Assembly: GCA_965221125.1 (NCBI GenBank)
Contig: CBDCRW010000006.1
Span: 320,001-384,000 of the forward strand
Direction of reading: 5' to 3'
DNA length: 64,000 nt
Origin: Alphaproteobacteria bacterium
Lineage (GTDB): Bacteria > Pseudomonadota > Alphaproteobacteria > UBA828
Part shown: positions 1-9,275 of the stretch, one piece after another
How the letters are laid out: the number at the start of each line of letters is the position of its first letter
How positions within the stretch are numbered: position 1 is the first letter of the stretch
Notes under the pieces: generated by a model
Databases searched by the model: none
What the model saw: only the letters and a program-made list of their open reading frames with translations
What the model was told of the DNA's origin: nothing
Made by a program: the position numbers and the translations under genes

Positions 1-2
1 AT

Positions 3-566
3 TCCGACACGGTGGACGTGGACGCGGTCAACCGGCTCTTCGCCGAGATGGAGGAGAGCGCGCTGCGCGATCTTGCGGCAAGCGCGATCCCGACGGAGGA
101 CGTCCACTTCCAGTGGTTCTACGACGCCGCCTACTGGGGGCAGGCGCACGAGCTGATCGTGCCGCTCGCCAAGGGCCGCTTCGATGACGTGGCCGACCTG
201 CGGCGCGCCTTCGACGACGAGCACGAGCGCATCTACACCTTCAAGATGGAGGGCGACCGGGTCAACTTCCTGCACTGGCGCGTGAACGCCGTGGTGGGCA
301 GCAGCATGCCGACGCCGCGGCGGGACGTGAGCGAGCCGGACGACCCTTCCGCCGCGCTCCGGGGCCGCCGCACGGCCTATTTCGGCGGCGAGGACGGTGC
401 GGCGGAGGTGCCGGTCTACGACGGCATGCGGCTCGAGCCGGGCCACGCGGTGCGCGGGCCGGCGGTGATCGAGGAGCCGACGACGAGCGTGACCGTCTTC
501 CCCGGCCACGCCGTGCGGGTCAGCCTCTCGGGCTACGACTATCGGGTGAACGGCGATGCCCTATAA
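3..566 (+). CDS. Hydantoinase/oxoprolinase family A subunit, C-terminal part (5' truncated by window edge)
   Basis: Frame is open from position 3. Motifs Y.GQAHEL.VP, AFDDEHERIY and GPAVIEEPTTSVTVFPG are typical of the HyuA/oxoprolinase C-terminus. Overlaps the start of a hydantoinase B gene. Confidence 0.85.
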   Translation, partial: SDTVDVDAVNRLFAEMEESALRDLAASAIPTEDVHFQWFYDAAYWGQAHELIVPLAKGRFDDVADLRRAFDDEHERIYTFKMEGDRVNFLHWRVNAVVGSSMPTPRRDVSEPDDPSAALRGRRTAYFGGEDGAAEVPVYDGMRLEPGHAVRGPAVIEEPTTSVTVFPGHAVRVSLSGYDYRVNGDAL

Positions 567-2511
567 CGACGTGACGGACGGCGAGGCGATGCAGGCGGCG
601 GGCGCGGGCCGGCCGCGCACGCGGAGCGAGGGTCTTTCCGAAGGGATCGACCCGACCATGTTCTCCGTGCTGCTGCACGCGATTGGCCAGGCCTCCGACG
701 AGATGACGCGGGTCCTGCAGCGGGGCGCGCGCAGCACGATCATCTCGATCGCGCGCGACCACTCGGCCTCGATCTACACGGCGCAGGCCCAGATGCTCTA
801 CCAGAACGACGCGCTGCCGATCCACACCATCGGCGGCGCGCTCAACATCGACGCGACCATCGAGGAGTTCGGCGACGACATCAACGACGGCGATGTCTTC
901 ATGATCAACGACCCCTACATGGGGACGACGCACAACTCCGACCTCACGGTGATCATGCCGGTGTTCCACGAGGGCCGGCACCTGTTCTGGACCTCGATCC
1001 GCGCGCACCAGAACAACACGGGCGAGGCCTCCTTCGGCCACGCCTCCACCAGCGTCTGGCAGGACGGCATCCAGATCCCGCCCGTGCGCATCTTCGAGCG
1101 CGGCAAGGAGGTGCGCAGCATCATCCGCTTCTACCTGCGGAACGTCCGGCTGCCGGAGTGGCTGGAGGCGGACCTGCGCGCCATGGTGGGCTCGGTACGC
1201 ACGGGCGCAGCGCGGCTGAGCGAGATGACCGCCACGCATGGCGAGGATACGGTGCTCGCCACGGTCGCCGAGATGATCGAGTACTCGGACCGGCGCACGG
1301 CGGCCGAGATCCGCGCGCTGCCGGACGGCGTCTACAAGGGCGAATCCTGGATCGACAGCGACGGGCAAGGCACGCACGACATTCGCATCGCGTGCACCGT
1401 GACCATCGACGACGACATGGTGCATGTCGATTATTCGGAGAGCGACCCGCAGGTGGGCGGGCATTGCAACTCCTCGCTCGCCTCGCTGCAGGCCAACGGC
1501 AGCATTCCCGTGCTCACCACCATCGACCCCACCATCCCGCGCAACGAGGGCTGCATGCGCCACATCCGCGTCAGCGCGCGAGAGGGCACGGTCGCGCTCG
1601 GCAAGTGGCCGTCGAGCACCTGGTGGTCAACCACCAATCCCGGCGACGAGCTGATCGAAGCCGCGTGGAAGGCGCTGGCGCAGGCCGCACCCGATCGCGT
1701 TCCGGCGGGCTGGGGGCGGATCCAGCAGCGGCTCTCCATGGGCGACGACTACCGCACCGACCCGCCGACGCCCTTCGCGGCCTCGATCTTCGTCGCGGGC
1801 TCGGGCGGGGGCGGCTGCAAGGGCCACGACGGCTGGCCGCTGACGCAATGCGTCTGCGCGCTGGGCGGGCTTCAAAACGAATCAGTGGAGATGGTCGAGC
1901 TGCTCCAGCCCCTCTTCATCGAGAGCAACGAGTTCCTCGTCGATTCCGCCGGCGCCGGCGAGTGGATCGGCGGCCACGGCTGCGAGACGGTGGTGATGCC
2001 CTACCACGGGCTGCTCTACATGAAGTTCGAGTACGAGGGGACGCTGAACCCGCCCTTCGGCCTGTTCGGCGGGCTGCCGGGCAACGGTGGCTGCAAGTAC
2101 AAGGAGACGCCGGACGGCAAGCGCTACTTCTACCAGGCGCACCCCGACCCCGACGCCTTCCGCGAGGGCGAGCGCTACGTCTGCATAAGCTCCGGCGGGG
2201 GTGGCTACGGCAGCGCGCTGGACCGGCCGGCGGAGGCGGTGCGCGAGCTGGTGCGGGACGAGCTGGTCTCGTCGGAAATGGCGCGCGAGCACTTCGGCGT
2301 GGTGCTCGATGCGGAGACGCTGGCGGTCGACGAGGCGGAGACCGAGGCGCTGCGCGGGCGCATGCGGGAGACGGCGGATCGCTCCATGTCGCTACCGACC
2401 GGCCCCGGCCAGGGGCTGTTCTGGAAGACCCGCTTCCGCGAGGGCGACGAGCTGGTGGTCGAGGAGACGCCCGTCGCGCTCAAGCTCGGCCTCTCGCCCG
2501 AGGCCCGCTGA
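556..2511 (+). CDS. Hydantoinase B/oxoprolinase family protein (copy 1)
   Basis: GDVFMINDPYMGTTHNSD, WQDGIQIPPV, LPDGVY, DSAGAGEWIGG and SSGGGGYG motifs. Confidence 0.9.
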   Translation: MPYNDVTDGEAMQAAGAGRPRTRSEGLSEGIDPTMFSVLLHAIGQASDEMTRVLQRGARSTIISIARDHSASIYTAQAQMLYQNDALPIHTIGGALNIDATIEEFGDDINDGDVFMINDPYMGTTHNSDLTVIMPVFHEGRHLFWTSIRAHQNNTGEASFGHASTSVWQDGIQIPPVRIFERGKEVRSIIRFYLRNVRLPEWLEADLRAMVGSVRTGAARLSEMTATHGEDTVLATVAEMIEYSDRRTAAEIRALPDGVYKGESWIDSDGQGTHDIRIACTVTIDDDMVHVDYSESDPQVGGHCNSSLASLQANGSIPVLTTIDPTIPRNEGCMRHIRVSAREGTVALGKWPSSTWWSTTNPGDELIEAAWKALAQAAPDRVPAGWGRIQQRLSMGDDYRTDPPTPFAASIFVAGSGGGGCKGHDGWPLTQCVCALGGLQNESVEMVELLQPLFIESNEFLVDSAGAGEWIGGHGCETVVMPYHGLLYMKFEYEGTLNPPFGLFGGLPGNGGCKYKETPDGKRYFYQAHPDPDAFREGERYVCISSGGGGYGSALDRPAEAVRELVRDELVSSEMAREHFGVVLDAETLAVDEAETEALRGRMRETADRSMSLPTGPGQGLFWKTRFREGDELVVEETPVALKLGLSPEAR

Positions 2512-2555
2512 GCGGCAGTGTGAGAGCCGACGACGAGAGACGGAAAGGTGAGTGA

Positions 2556-3263
2556 ATGAGCGAGACCCCCACCGCAGCGGAGATCGAGGCGCTGCGCGAC
2601 ATCGATACGCCGACCATCTGCAACCTGCTGGAGATGGTCGTGCCGGAGCGCCGCGGCTACGGCTACACGGTGCAGCATCTGCACTGCCTCTACCCGGACA
2701 TGAAGCCCATCGTCGGCATCGCCAAGACGGCGACGATGCGCGCCAAGAACCCCGCGCGCTGGAGCCCGGCGGAGTACATGGACATCCGCGCGGGCTACTT
2801 CGACTATCTGGCCGAGGGCGAGGCGCCGAAGATCAGCGTGGTGCAGGACGTCGACGAGCGGCCGGGCTACGGCGCCTTCTGGGGCGAGGTCTTCAGCGCC
2901 GTGCACAAGGCGCTCGGCTGCCGCGGCGTGGTGACCAACGGCAGCGTCCGCGACATCGACATGCTGGCGCCCGAGTTCCAGGTGCTGGCTGGGCTGATCG
3001 CGCCGTCGCACGCCTTCGTCCACGTCGCCCATTGGGGCTGCGAGGTCAACGTACACGGCATGGTGGTGCAGGACGGCGACCTGATACACGCCGACCGGCA
3101 CGGCGCGGTCGTGGTCCCGCTCGGGGCGGTGCGCGGCGTGCTCGGCAAGCTCGACCTCATGGTGCGCAAGGAGGCGGTCATCCTGGAAGCGGCGCGGCGC
3201 CCCGATGCCACGGTGGACATGATCAAGGACGCCTGGCAGCGCTCCACGGAGATCCGGGAGTAG
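2556..3263 (+). CDS. RraA/HMG-aldolase-like family protein
   Basis: DTPTICN, AFWGEV, GVVTNGSVRDID and GDLIHADRHGAVVVP motifs. Confidence 0.85.
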   Translation: MSETPTAAEIEALRDIDTPTICNLLEMVVPERRGYGYTVQHLHCLYPDMKPIVGIAKTATMRAKNPARWSPAEYMDIRAGYFDYLAEGEAPKISVVQDVDERPGYGAFWGEVFSAVHKALGCRGVVTNGSVRDIDMLAPEFQVLAGLIAPSHAFVHVAHWGCEVNVHGMVVQDGDLIHADRHGAVVVPLGAVRGVLGKLDLMVRKEAVILEAARRPDATVDMIKDAWQRSTEIRE

Positions 3264-3314
3264 TATCGGCAGGCCGGTCCGAGACGGCGATAGAGGAGGC
3301 CGAGAGTGGCGGAC

Positions 3315-4091
3315 ATGGCGGACACACCGCTCGTCGAGATGAGGAACGTCTTCAAGGCGTTCGGCGGCGTGCATGCGGTGGAGGACGTGACGGTCCAAGT
3401 GGGCGCGGGCGAGGTGCTCGGTATCGTCGGCCACAACGGCGCCGGCAAGTCGACCCTCATCAAGATCCTCTCCGGCGCGCACACCATGGACAGCGGCCAG
3501 ATCCTGATGCGGGGCGAGCCCGTCTCCATCGACAATCCGCGTGTCGCGCGCTCGCTCGGGATCGAGACGCTCTACCAGAACCTCGCGCTGGCCGACAATC
3601 TCGATGCCGCCGCCAACCTGTTCCTCGGGCGCGAGATCACGACGCCCTACGGCAAGCTCGACAACAGGACGATGGCCGAGGCGACGCGCGAGGTGATCGC
3701 CCGCATCAACCCGGAGTTCGCGAACCTCGGCACGCCGGTGCTCAATCTCTCGGGCGGGCAGCGCCAGACCATCGCCATCGCCCGCGCGGTCTACTTCAAC
3801 GCCAGGGTGCTCATCATGGACGAGCCGACGGCGGCGCTCGGCTTGCGCGAATCCGCGGCGTTCAAGGAGCTGGTACTCAGGCTCAAGCAGGAGGGCATCG
3901 GCATGTTCATGATCAGCCACGACCTGCACGACGTCTTCGACATCTCGGACCGCATCTTCGTCATGTCCGGCGGCCGCGAGGTGGGCACGCGGCGCACCGA
4001 CGAGGTGACCAAGGACCAGGTGCTCTCCATGATCATCCTCGGCAAGCAGCCGGGGGAGGAATCGGCCGAGGACCTGGCCAGGCTGCACTAA
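3315..4091 (+). CDS. Sugar-type ABC transporter ATP-binding protein (single NBD)
   Basis: Walker [23 protein letters not shown], signature LSGGQRQ, Walker B LIMDEPT, ISH. Start may instead be the GTG at 3306. Confidence 0.9.
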   Translation: MADTPLVEMRNVFKAFGGVHAVEDVTVQVGAGEVLGIVGHNGAGKSTLIKILSGAHTMDSGQILMRGEPVSIDNPRVARSLGIETLYQNLALADNLDAAANLFLGREITTPYGKLDNRTMAEATREVIARINPEFANLGTPVLNLSGGQRQTIAIARAVYFNARVLIMDEPTAALGLRESAAFKELVLRLKQEGIGMFMISHDLHDVFDISDRIFVMSGGREVGTRRTDEVTKDQVLSMIILGKQPGEESAEDLARLH

Positions 4092-4109
4092 ACGGAGACC
4101 CGCACGGCC

Positions 4110-6029
4110 ATGTCGGCACGCGACCGCACGCTCGCGCTCGAATCCCAGGCCATGAGCCCGGGCGTGGACCCGGTCACGTTCTCCGTACTGCTCCACGCCA
4201 TCGGCGAGGCGTCGAGCGAGATGACGACGGTGCTGCAGCACGGCGCGCGCAGCACCATCATCTCGATCGCCCGCGACCACTCGGCCTCGATCTACACGGC
4301 AGGCGCCGAGATGCTCTACCAGAACGACGCGCTGCCGATACACACCATCGGCGGCGGGCTCAACATCGAGGCGATCAGGGAGGAGTTCGAGGACGACATC
4401 AACGACGGCGATATCTTCATGATCAACGACCCCTACATGGGGACCACCCACAACTCCGATCTCACCGTCGTCATGCCCGTGTTCGTGGACGGCGCGCACC
4501 TGTTCTGGACGTCGATCCGCGCGCACCAAAACAACACCGGCGAGGCCTCCTTCGGGCATGCCTCCACCAACGTCTGGCAGGACGGCATCCAAATCCCGCC
4601 CGTGCGCATCTTCGAGCGCGACAAGGAAATCCGCAGCACGATCCGCTTCTACCTGCGCAACGTCCGCCTTCCCGACTGGCTGGAGGCCGATCTCAGGGCC
4701 ATGGTGGGCGCGGTTCGCGCCGGCGCGGCGCGCCTGCAGGAGATGACGGAGACTCACGGCGTCGATGTCGTCGTGCCGACGCTGGCCGAGATGATCGCCT
4801 ACGCCGAGCGCCGCACGGCCGCCGAGATCCGGGCGCTGCCCGACGGCGTCTATGAGGGCGAAGGGTGGATCGACAGCGACGGTCAGGGCACGCACAACAT
4901 CCGCATCGCGTGCACCGTCACCATCGACGACGACACCATCCACGTGGATTTCTCGGGCAGCGACCCGCAGGCCGGCGGCCACTGCAACGCGACCGTGGCC
5001 ACGATGGAGGCCTGCGGCAGCATCCCGGTGCTTACCATCATCGATCCCACCATCCCGCGCAACGAGGGGTGCACGCGGCGCATCCGGGTGACGGCGCCCG
5101 AGGGCTCGGTGGCGAACGCGCGCTGGCCCGCGAGCACGTGGTGGGGCACCGTCAACCCCGGCGACATCCTGATCGAGGCGGCCTGGAAGGCGCTGGCGCA
5201 GGCCGCGCCGGAACGTGTGCCGGCGGGCTGGGGGCGCTGCCAGCAGCGGCTCTCCATGGGCGACGACAACCGGGTGAGCCCGTCCGTGCCGTTCGCCGCA
5301 TCCATCTTCGTCGCGGCCTCCGGCGGCGGCGCCTGCAACGGCGCCGACGGCTGGCCGCTCACGCAATGCGTCTGCTGCCTGGGCGGGATGCAGACGGAAT
5401 CGGTGGAGATGGTGGAGCTGCTGCAGCCGCTCTTCGTCGAGTACAACGAGTTCCTGGCCGACAGCGCCGGCGCCGGCACCTGGATCGGCGGCCACGGCAT
5501 CGAGACCAGCGTCCGGCCGGTCGACGGCGTCCTCTACATGAAGTTCGAGTACGAGGGCACGTTCAACCCGCCATTCGGCCTGTTCGGCGGCCTGCCCGGC
5601 AACGGGGGCTGCAAGTACAAGGAGCGCGAAGACGGCACGCGGCGCTTCTACATGGCGCACCCGGACCCGGACGTGATCTACGAGGGCGAGCGCTACGTCA
5701 CCGTCACCACCGGCGGCGGGGGTTACGGCGATCCGCTTGAGCGGCCTGCGGACTCGGTGCGGGTGCTGGTGCGGGACGAGCTGCTGACGGTAGAAGCAGC
5801 GCGCGCGAGGTTCGGCGTCGCGATCGATCCGGCGACGCTGGAGGTGGACGAGGGCGAGACCGCGGCGCTGCGTCGCCAGCGCGGGGACGGGGCGGCGCCG
5901 CCGCTCTGGCTGCCGCAGGAGGCCGGCGAGGCCGAATACTGGAGGGAGCGCTACCGCGATGGCGACGAGCTGGTGTGGGAGACCATGCCGGCCGCGCTCA
6001 GGCTCGGCCTCTCAGCCGAGGCGAGGTAG
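4110..6029 (+). CDS. Hydantoinase B/oxoprolinase family protein (copy 2, close paralog of 556..2511)
   Basis: Same motifs as copy 1, with long identical peptide blocks (e.g. MLYQNDALPIHTIGG, FWTSIRAHQNNTGEASFGHAST). Confidence 0.9.
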   Translation: MSARDRTLALESQAMSPGVDPVTFSVLLHAIGEASSEMTTVLQHGARSTIISIARDHSASIYTAGAEMLYQNDALPIHTIGGGLNIEAIREEFEDDINDGDIFMINDPYMGTTHNSDLTVVMPVFVDGAHLFWTSIRAHQNNTGEASFGHASTNVWQDGIQIPPVRIFERDKEIRSTIRFYLRNVRLPDWLEADLRAMVGAVRAGAARLQEMTETHGVDVVVPTLAEMIAYAERRTAAEIRALPDGVYEGEGWIDSDGQGTHNIRIACTVTIDDDTIHVDFSGSDPQAGGHCNATVATMEACGSIPVLTIIDPTIPRNEGCTRRIRVTAPEGSVANARWPASTWWGTVNPGDILIEAAWKALAQAAPERVPAGWGRCQQRLSMGDDNRVSPSVPFAASIFVAASGGGACNGADGWPLTQCVCCLGGMQTESVEMVELLQPLFVEYNEFLADSAGAGTWIGGHGIETSVRPVDGVLYMKFEYEGTFNPPFGLFGGLPGNGGCKYKEREDGTRRFYMAHPDPDVIYEGERYVTVTTGGGGYGDPLERPADSVRVLVRDELLTVEAARARFGVAIDPATLEVDEGETAALRRQRGDGAAPPLWLPQEAGEAEYWRERYRDGDELVWETMPAALRLGLSAEAR

Positions 6030-6174
6030 AGCGTTTCCGTTTGAAACGGAAACGCTCTACGAATTTTTCGCTCACGGCAGCCGGCCGTTGGCCGGCGCCT
6101 CCGCGAGGGCGCCGCATACGCGGCGGGCCGCTGTCGCGGCCTATCGCGCGTCCGTCAAAGTCGGACGCGCGATA
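6026..6174. repeat. Multi-hairpin intergenic repeat, copy 1 (REP/BIME/MITE-like)
   Basis: Perfect 17-bp inverted repeat gtagagcgtttccgttt/aaacggaaacgctctac (6026-6060), several short hairpins, and terminal hairpin tatcgcgcgtccg/cggacgcgcgata (6142-6174). Homologous to 11994-12141. Confidence 0.9.
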
Positions 6175-7420
6175 AGAGCCCGAAGCGGTCGGCGGCGAAG
6201 GGCGCGAGGTTGAGGGCGGGCTCCCGTCCGGCCACGAGATCGGCAATCACCTCGGCGGTCTTCGATGCGCCGATGACACCCTGGTGCCCGTGGCCGAAGG
6301 CGAAGAGCACCGCCGGGTGGCGTGGCGCCCGGCCGAGGATGGGCAGGCTGTCCGGCGTGCACGGCCGCTCGCCCATCCACGTCGTGCGCTCCTCGACATT
6401 GAGAGCGGGCAGCGTGGCCTTGGCGTGGCGGCAGAGCGCGTCGGCGCGCTTGCCGTTGGGCGGCGCGCCATCGCCTGCGAACTCGACGGTGCCGCCGATC
6501 CTGATCCCCATGGCCATGGGGACGATGGTCGCGGAAACGGCCGTGGGCAGGACGACCCTGCCCAGCGAGACGCCGGGGTTGGTGAAGGTCGCGTGGTAGC
6601 CCCGCTGGGAGACGAGAGGGACGCGGTAGCCCAGCCCGGCAACCAGCGGCCGCGACCAGACGCCGGCGGCCACGACGACGGTGTCGTAGTCATGAGTCTC
6701 GCCGCCGAAGTGGATGGCGGCGCTGTCCCTCCCCTGCGCCGAGATGCGCTCGACACGCGCGCGCTGAAAAGTTCCTCCCTGGCGTCCGAAATGCTCGGCA
6801 AGCCCGGTGACGAGGCGGTGGGGGTCGAGGGTGTGGGCCGCCGCCGGCACGAGGAAGCCGCTGGAAAATCCGGGCGCCAACGCGGGCTCCAGGTCGCGAA
6901 GGCCGGCCGCATCGAGCGTCTCCACCGCGTAGCCCGCCGCCCGCTGGAGCGAGACGGCGAGGCTTTCGCCGGCACTCTCCCGCCCCGCGGGGTCGACGTA
7001 GAGCATGCCCTTCTTCTCGACCATTGCGTCGAGCCCGGCTTCCCGCAGGAGCGGCATGAGCAGGTCGAGGGTAGAGCCGTTGAGCGCGGCGAGCGACGCC
7101 GAGATCGCCCGCACCCGGTCTTCCCGGCCCGCGCGCACGAAGGCGACGAGCCAGGGCAGGAGGCGCGTCAGCTCGCGCCAGTCGAGATAGAGCGGGCCGG
7201 TCTCGTCGAGCAGCCAGCGCGGGACCTTCCTCGCAAGGCCCGGCATCGCCACGGGCATCACGGCAGCGGGCGATATCACGCCCGAGTTGCCGTAGGAGGC
7301 GCCCGCGCCCGGCGCATCGCGGTCCAGGAGCGTGACCGCGTGGCCCTCGCGTCTCAGGAAACAGGCAGTAACGGTTCCGACGATGCCGGCACCGATGACC
7401 GCGACGGATCGTGCTGCCAT
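6155..7420 (-). CDS. FAD-dependent oxidoreductase, D-amino acid dehydrogenase (DadA/DAO) family
   Basis: VAVIGAGIVG dinucleotide fold, ASYGNSG, QRGYH, WMGERPCTPDSLP and AFGHGHQG. Confidence 0.85.
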   Translation of the reverse strand: MAARSVAVIGAGIVGTVTACFLRREGHAVTLLDRDAPGAGASYGNSGVISPAAVMPVAMPGLARKVPRWLLDETGPLYLDWRELTRLLPWLVAFVRAGREDRVRAISASLAALNGSTLDLLMPLLREAGLDAMVEKKGMLYVDPAGRESAGESLAVSLQRAAGYAVETLDAAGLRDLEPALAPGFSSGFLVPAAAHTLDPHRLVTGLAEHFGRQGGTFQRARVERISAQGRDSAAIHFGGETHDYDTVVVAAGVWSRPLVAGLGYRVPLVSQRGYHATFTNPGVSLGRVVLPTAVSATIVPMAMGIRIGGTVEFAGDGAPPNGKRADALCRHAKATLPALNVEERTTWMGERPCTPDSLPILGRAPRHPAVLFAFGHGHQGVIGASKTAEVIADLVAGREPALNLAPFAADRFGLLSRVRL

Positions 7421-7537
7421 GAATCACCTTGTCGGGAATGACCTTGACGGCGGGGGACACACGTTACACTAGCCAGCACGCACGGTCCGGCACGGCGTGA
7501 CGTCGGACGGTTGATGATCGCTTCCGGAGGCTTGCGC

Positions 7538-9232
7538 GTGGGAGAGGCATTCGATTACGTGATCGTGGGCGGCGGCTCGGCGGGCGCCGTGCTGGCCCAT
7601 CGCCTCTCGGCCGATCCCGCGACGCGCGTGGCCCTGCTGGAAGCGGGCCCGGACACGCCGCCGGAGACGGTGCCGGACATCATCCTCGACAGCTATCCGG
7701 GGCGCGCCTACTTCGATCCGCGCTTTCACTGGCAGGACCTGCGCGTCTACAACCGCTCGCCCGAGATCGACCCCTCGCAGAAGCCGAGCCGCTTCGAGCA
7801 GGCCCGCGTCATGGGCGGCGGCTCCTCCATCAACGGCCAGTTCGCCGTGCGCGGGATGCAGGGCGACTACGACGAGTGGGAGGAGATGGGGCTCCCCGGC
7901 TGGTCCCACGCGGGCCTTCTGCCCTACTTCAACAGGCTGGAGCGGGACGTCGATTTCGCCGGCGACGGCCACGGCAGCGCCGGGCGCATCCCGGTGCGCC
8001 GGCTCTTCCCGGAGGAATGGGGCGGGTTCAGCCGCGCGGCGCTCGCCGCGATGGAGGACAACGGCCTGCCCCTCTGCGGCGACGTGAATGGCGACGACGC
8101 CGACGGCTGCTATCCCGTGCCGCTCTCGAACCAGTACGGGCGGCGCGTCTCCACGGCGATCGGCTACCTCGACGCCGCGACCCGGCGGCGGCGCAATCTC
8201 GCCATTCACGCGGAGACCACGGTGACGCGCATCGTCGTCGACGGCGGTCGGGCGCGCGGGGTCGAGGCGGTGAGCCGGGGGAAGACCCTCCGCTTCGACG
8301 CGCGGGAGACCATCGTCTCCGCCGGCGCGCTTCACTCCCCTGCCCTGCTGCTCCGCGCCGGGGTCGGCCCGGCGGAGCACCTGCGCGCGCTCGGGATCGA
8401 GGTGGCGGCCGACCTGCCGGGCGTCGGCGGCAACCTGCTGGAGCACGCGAGCGTCAGCGTCGCGGCGCACCTGAAGCCCCGCGCCCGCGTGCCGGCCGGG
8501 CAGCGCCGCCACATCTATTTCGGCGCGCGCTACTCCTCCGGGCTGCAGGGCTGCCCGCCGGGGGACATGCTCTTCATGCCGACCAATTCCGCCGGCTGGC
8601 ATCCGCTGGGCCAAGCGATGGGCACCATGCTCCTGGCGGTCAACAAATCGTACTCGCAGGGCACCGTGCGCCTCGCCACGCCCTCGCCCTTCGACGAGCC
8701 CCGCGTCGACCTCAACATGCTCTCCGACGAGCGCGATCTCGTGCGCCTTGTCGACGGCTTCCGGCGCCTCTACAGGGTCATGGAGTCGCCGGCCGTGAAG
8801 GATCAGATAACGCTGTGGTTCCTCGCCGGCTATTCGGACGCCGTCCGCCGCCTGATGGTGCCCTCGGCCGGGACCTGGCTGAAGACGGCGACGGCACGCG
8901 CGCTGCTCGACCTGGGCGGCCCCGGTCGCGTGCTGCTGCGCCGCAAGCTCACCGGCGGGCGCGACGTGCACCGCATGGTCAAGGACGAGAGCGCGCTCGC
9001 GGACTGGATCAAGGCATCGGTCTGGCCGGGCTGGCACGTGTGCGGGACCTGCCGCATGGGCCCGGACGGCGACCCGCTCGCCGTGCTCGACGGCGAGTGC
9101 CGCGTGCGCGGCGTGGCGGGGCTCCGCGTGGTCGATGCCTCGGTGATGCCGACGATCCCGCGCGCCAACACCAACCTCACGACCATCGCGATCGCCGAGA
9201 AGATCGCCGACGGGATGCGAACGCGGGCGTGA
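7538..9232 (+). CDS. GMC oxidoreductase (HMF oxidase / aryl-alcohol oxidase-like)
   Basis: FDYVIVGGGSAG, QARVMGGGSSING, LPGVGGNLLEH, catalytic WHVCGTCRMG and ANTNLT. GTG at 7538 chosen as start; the ORF opens at 7511. Confidence 0.88.
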   Translation: MGEAFDYVIVGGGSAGAVLAHRLSADPATRVALLEAGPDTPPETVPDIILDSYPGRAYFDPRFHWQDLRVYNRSPEIDPSQKPSRFEQARVMGGGSSINGQFAVRGMQGDYDEWEEMGLPGWSHAGLLPYFNRLERDVDFAGDGHGSAGRIPVRRLFPEEWGGFSRAALAAMEDNGLPLCGDVNGDDADGCYPVPLSNQYGRRVSTAIGYLDAATRRRRNLAIHAETTVTRIVVDGGRARGVEAVSRGKTLRFDARETIVSAGALHSPALLLRAGVGPAEHLRALGIEVAADLPGVGGNLLEHASVSVAAHLKPRARVPAGQRRHIYFGARYSSGLQGCPPGDMLFMPTNSAGWHPLGQAMGTMLLAVNKSYSQGTVRLATPSPFDEPRVDLNMLSDERDLVRLVDGFRRLYRVMESPAVKDQITLWFLAGYSDAVRRLMVPSAGTWLKTATARALLDLGGPGRVLLRRKLTGGRDVHRMVKDESALADWIKASVWPGWHVCGTCRMGPDGDPLAVLDGECRVRGVAGLRVVDASVMPTIPRANTNLTTIAIAEKIADGMRTRA

Positions 9233-9275
9233 TGCGGCACACTGTCGCCCGATCTGGAATTGCGAACCGGGGAGA

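Noticed and set aside
2205-5660. Long antisense and alternate-frame ORFs (also 33387..36791, 33974..36763, 27491..29671, 51102..53528, 59915..61882)
   Set aside because: They overlap well-supported genes, have R/A/G/P-biased composition and no motifs. This is expected in high-GC DNA.
6026-6174. Possible CRISPR array or simple rho-independent terminator
   Set aside because: There is no repeat-spacer periodicity, no cas genes and no U-tract after the terminal hairpins. It is treated as a dispersed structured repeat.
7443-7470. Sigma70 promoter TTGACG...TACACT for the GMC operon
   Set aside because: The spacer is only 15 bp, too weak to call without TSS data.
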